From Trichoplax adhaerens (lineage: Eukaryota > Animalia > Placozoa), in NCBI RefSeq assembly GCF_000150275.1, contig NW_002060997.1, positions 3,061-13,225 of the forward strand: a DNA stretch of 10,165 nt. Reading direction: 5' to 3'. Positions 8,959 to 10,165 of this stretch are shown here, piece after piece. Made by a program: the position numbers and the translations under genes. Each line of letters begins with the position of its first letter. Position 1 is the first letter of the stretch. A model generated the notes under the pieces. The model saw only the letters and a list, made by a program, of their open reading frames with translations, made no database searches and was not told the origin of the DNA.

Positions 8959-10165
8959 ATGGCCAATCAGACTAGCAATTCTACGATATTTGACGAGATT
9001 GAATCTATACGCAAAAAGGGCGTGAAATATCATGGCGAAGGCAATTATGAAGACGCGTTATTTTATTTTCAGAAAGCTGTAACTCAAATCAAATCGATAG
9101 CGGAGAGTAGCGATAGTCGTCGTCAACTTGAATATTCTATTTATCTCGCTATGGCTCAATCTTACCTGCAAAAATATCAATTGATAGAAGCCAATGAATA
9201 CAGTGGAAAAGCAGAAAAGTTAGCTGAGAAACTAGAAGAGGTCAAGATTTCTTATTGTTTCGATATCCAGGGCGACTGTAAACGACTTCAAAGTGATTTT
9301 ATGGGTGCTTTGAGTGATTACAACAAATCACTTCAAATAAAATTAAAATCGTTAGGGAGTGAACATCTTGATGTCTGTAAGTCCTATCATAACGTTGGCT
9401 TGGTCTACCAGAATCAAGGCAAGCATGACGAGGCTTTAAAGGAATACAATAAATCATTAAAGATTAAACTGACACAACTTGGTGATAATCATCCAAGTAT
9501 TGCTGATACATATAGCAATATTGGTCTTGTCTATGATCGTCAAGGCAAGTATGATGACGCTCTATCAATGTATAACAAGTCACTCAAGATTCGACAAACA
9601 CAACTTGGCGACAATCATCCAAGTATTGCTACAACATATAACAACATTGGTCTTGTCTATCATCATCAAGGCAAGTATGATGACGCTCTATCAATGTATA
9701 ACAAGTCACTCAAGATTCGACAAACACAACTTGGCGACAATCATCCAAGTATTGCTACAACATATCACAACATTGCAAGTGTCTATGATAATCAAGGCAA
9801 GTATGATGACGCTCTATCAATGTATAACAAGTCACTCAAGATTAATCAAACACAACTTGGCGACAATCATCCAAGTATTGCTACAACATATCACAACATT
9901 GCAAGTGTCTATGATAATCAAGGCAAGTATGATGACGCTCTATCAATGTATAACAAGTCACTCAAGATTAAACTGACACAACTTGGCGACAATCATCCAA
10001 GTATTGCTGATACATATAACAACATTGCAAATGTCTATCATCGTCAAGGCAAGTATGATGACGCTCTATCAATGTATAACAAGTCACTCAAGATTCGACA
10101 AACACAACTTGGCGACAATCATCCAAGTATTGCTACAACATATCACAACATTGCAAGTGTCTATG
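8959..10165 (+). CDS. 42-aa TPR repeat protein (kinesin light chain / nephrocystin-3-like TPR class), 5' part, truncated by the window end
   Basis: Frame +1 is open from ATG 8959 to the window end (402 codons, no stop, so absent from the ORF track). Manual translation: MANQTSNSTIFDEIESIRKKGVKYHGEGNYEDALFYFQKAVTQIKSIAESSDSRRQLEYSIYLAMAQSYLQKYQLIEANEYSGKAEKLAEKLEEVKISYCFDIQGDCKRLQSDFMGALSDYNKSLQIKLKSLGSEHLDVCKSYHNVGLVYQNQGKHDEALKEYNKSLKIKLTQLGDNHPSIADTYSNIGLVYDRQGKYDDALSMYNKSLKIRQTQLGDNHPSIATTYNNIGLVYHHQGK... The TPR consensus Y4-I7-G/A8-Y11-G15-Y17-A20-Y24-S27-L28 recurs every 42 aa. Confidence 0.95.
   Translation, partial: MANQTSNSTIFDEIESIRKKGVKYHGEGNYEDALFYFQKAVTQIKSIAESSDSRRQLEYSIYLAMAQSYLQKYQLIEANEYSGKAEKLAEKLEEVKISYCFDIQGDCKRLQSDFMGALSDYNKSLQIKLKSLGSEHLDVCKSYHNVGLVYQNQGKHDEALKEYNKSLKIKLTQLGDNHPSIADTYSNIGLVYDRQGKYDDALSMYNKSLKIRQTQLGDNHPSIATTYNNIGLVYHHQGKYDDALSMYNKSLKIRQTQLGDNHPSIATTYHNIASVYDNQGKYDDALSMYNKSLKINQTQLGDNHPSIATTYHNIASVYDNQGKYDDALSMYNKSLKIKLTQLGDNHPSIADTYNNIANVYHRQGKYDDALSMYNKSLKIRQTQLGDNHPSIATTYHNIASVY
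9250..10165 (+). repeat. Coding tandem repeat, 126-bp unit; 2 diverged leading units (9250, 9376) then near-identical units (9502, 9628, 9754, 9880, 10006, 10132 partial)
   Basis: CAAGGCAAG recurs at 9415, 9541, 9667, 9793, 9919 and 10045, an exact 126-nt period. A 51-nt block (CAAGGC...CTCAAGATT) and a 33-nt block (ACACAACTTGGC...ATTGCT) are identical in five consecutive units. Confidence 0.98.

Noticed and set aside
9479-9976. 165-aa track ORF (MVIIIQVLL...)
   Set aside because: Out-of-frame shadow of the 126-bp TPR repeat. The true frame is +1 from 8959, and the shadow frame is closed by the AAA CTG variant.
9502-10165. CRISPR-like appearance of constant blocks separated by variable bases
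   Set aside because: The variable parts are 1-2 codons within an open reading frame, not unique 25-45 nt spacers, and no cas genes are present.
9502-10165. Diversity-generating-retroelement-like pattern (variable codons AAC/AGC/CAC, AAT/CAT/CGT, AAT/AGT/CTT keep their third base)
   Set aside because: There is no reverse transcriptase or separate template repeat in the window, many adenines and AAC codons are invariant, and the same few alleles recur. Recombination plus selection explains the pattern more simply.

Overview
AT-rich eukaryotic genomic DNA with splice-site-like signals and no prokaryotic gene organisation. The 42-aa TPR consensus (QGKYDDALSMYNKSLKI..TQLGDNHPSIA.TY.NI..VY) resembles the expanded TPR families I recall from the placozoan Trichoplax; that assignment is an inference. 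The window holds a birth-and-death cluster of 42-residue TPR genes. (1) An intact gene the ORF track missed because it runs off the end (8959..>10165, +). It carries a 126-bp tandem array whose units are nucleotide-identical except at a few codons. Those codons map to the TPR ligand-binding groove, differ only non-synonymously, and appear in shuffled combinations. (2) A decayed paralogue (3615..~5430) with the same N-terminus, about 4 TPRs, a Roc/ROCO-like GTPase P-loop exon and more TPRs. The rest comprises a WD40-like remnant, a three-copy diverged direct repeat with a strong hairpin, orphan candidate exons, a possible solo-LTR-like element and about 3 kb of apparently non-coding DNA. The best candidate for a novel system is a germline-diversified TPR(-Roc) receptor family whose repeat specificity is built combinatorially.
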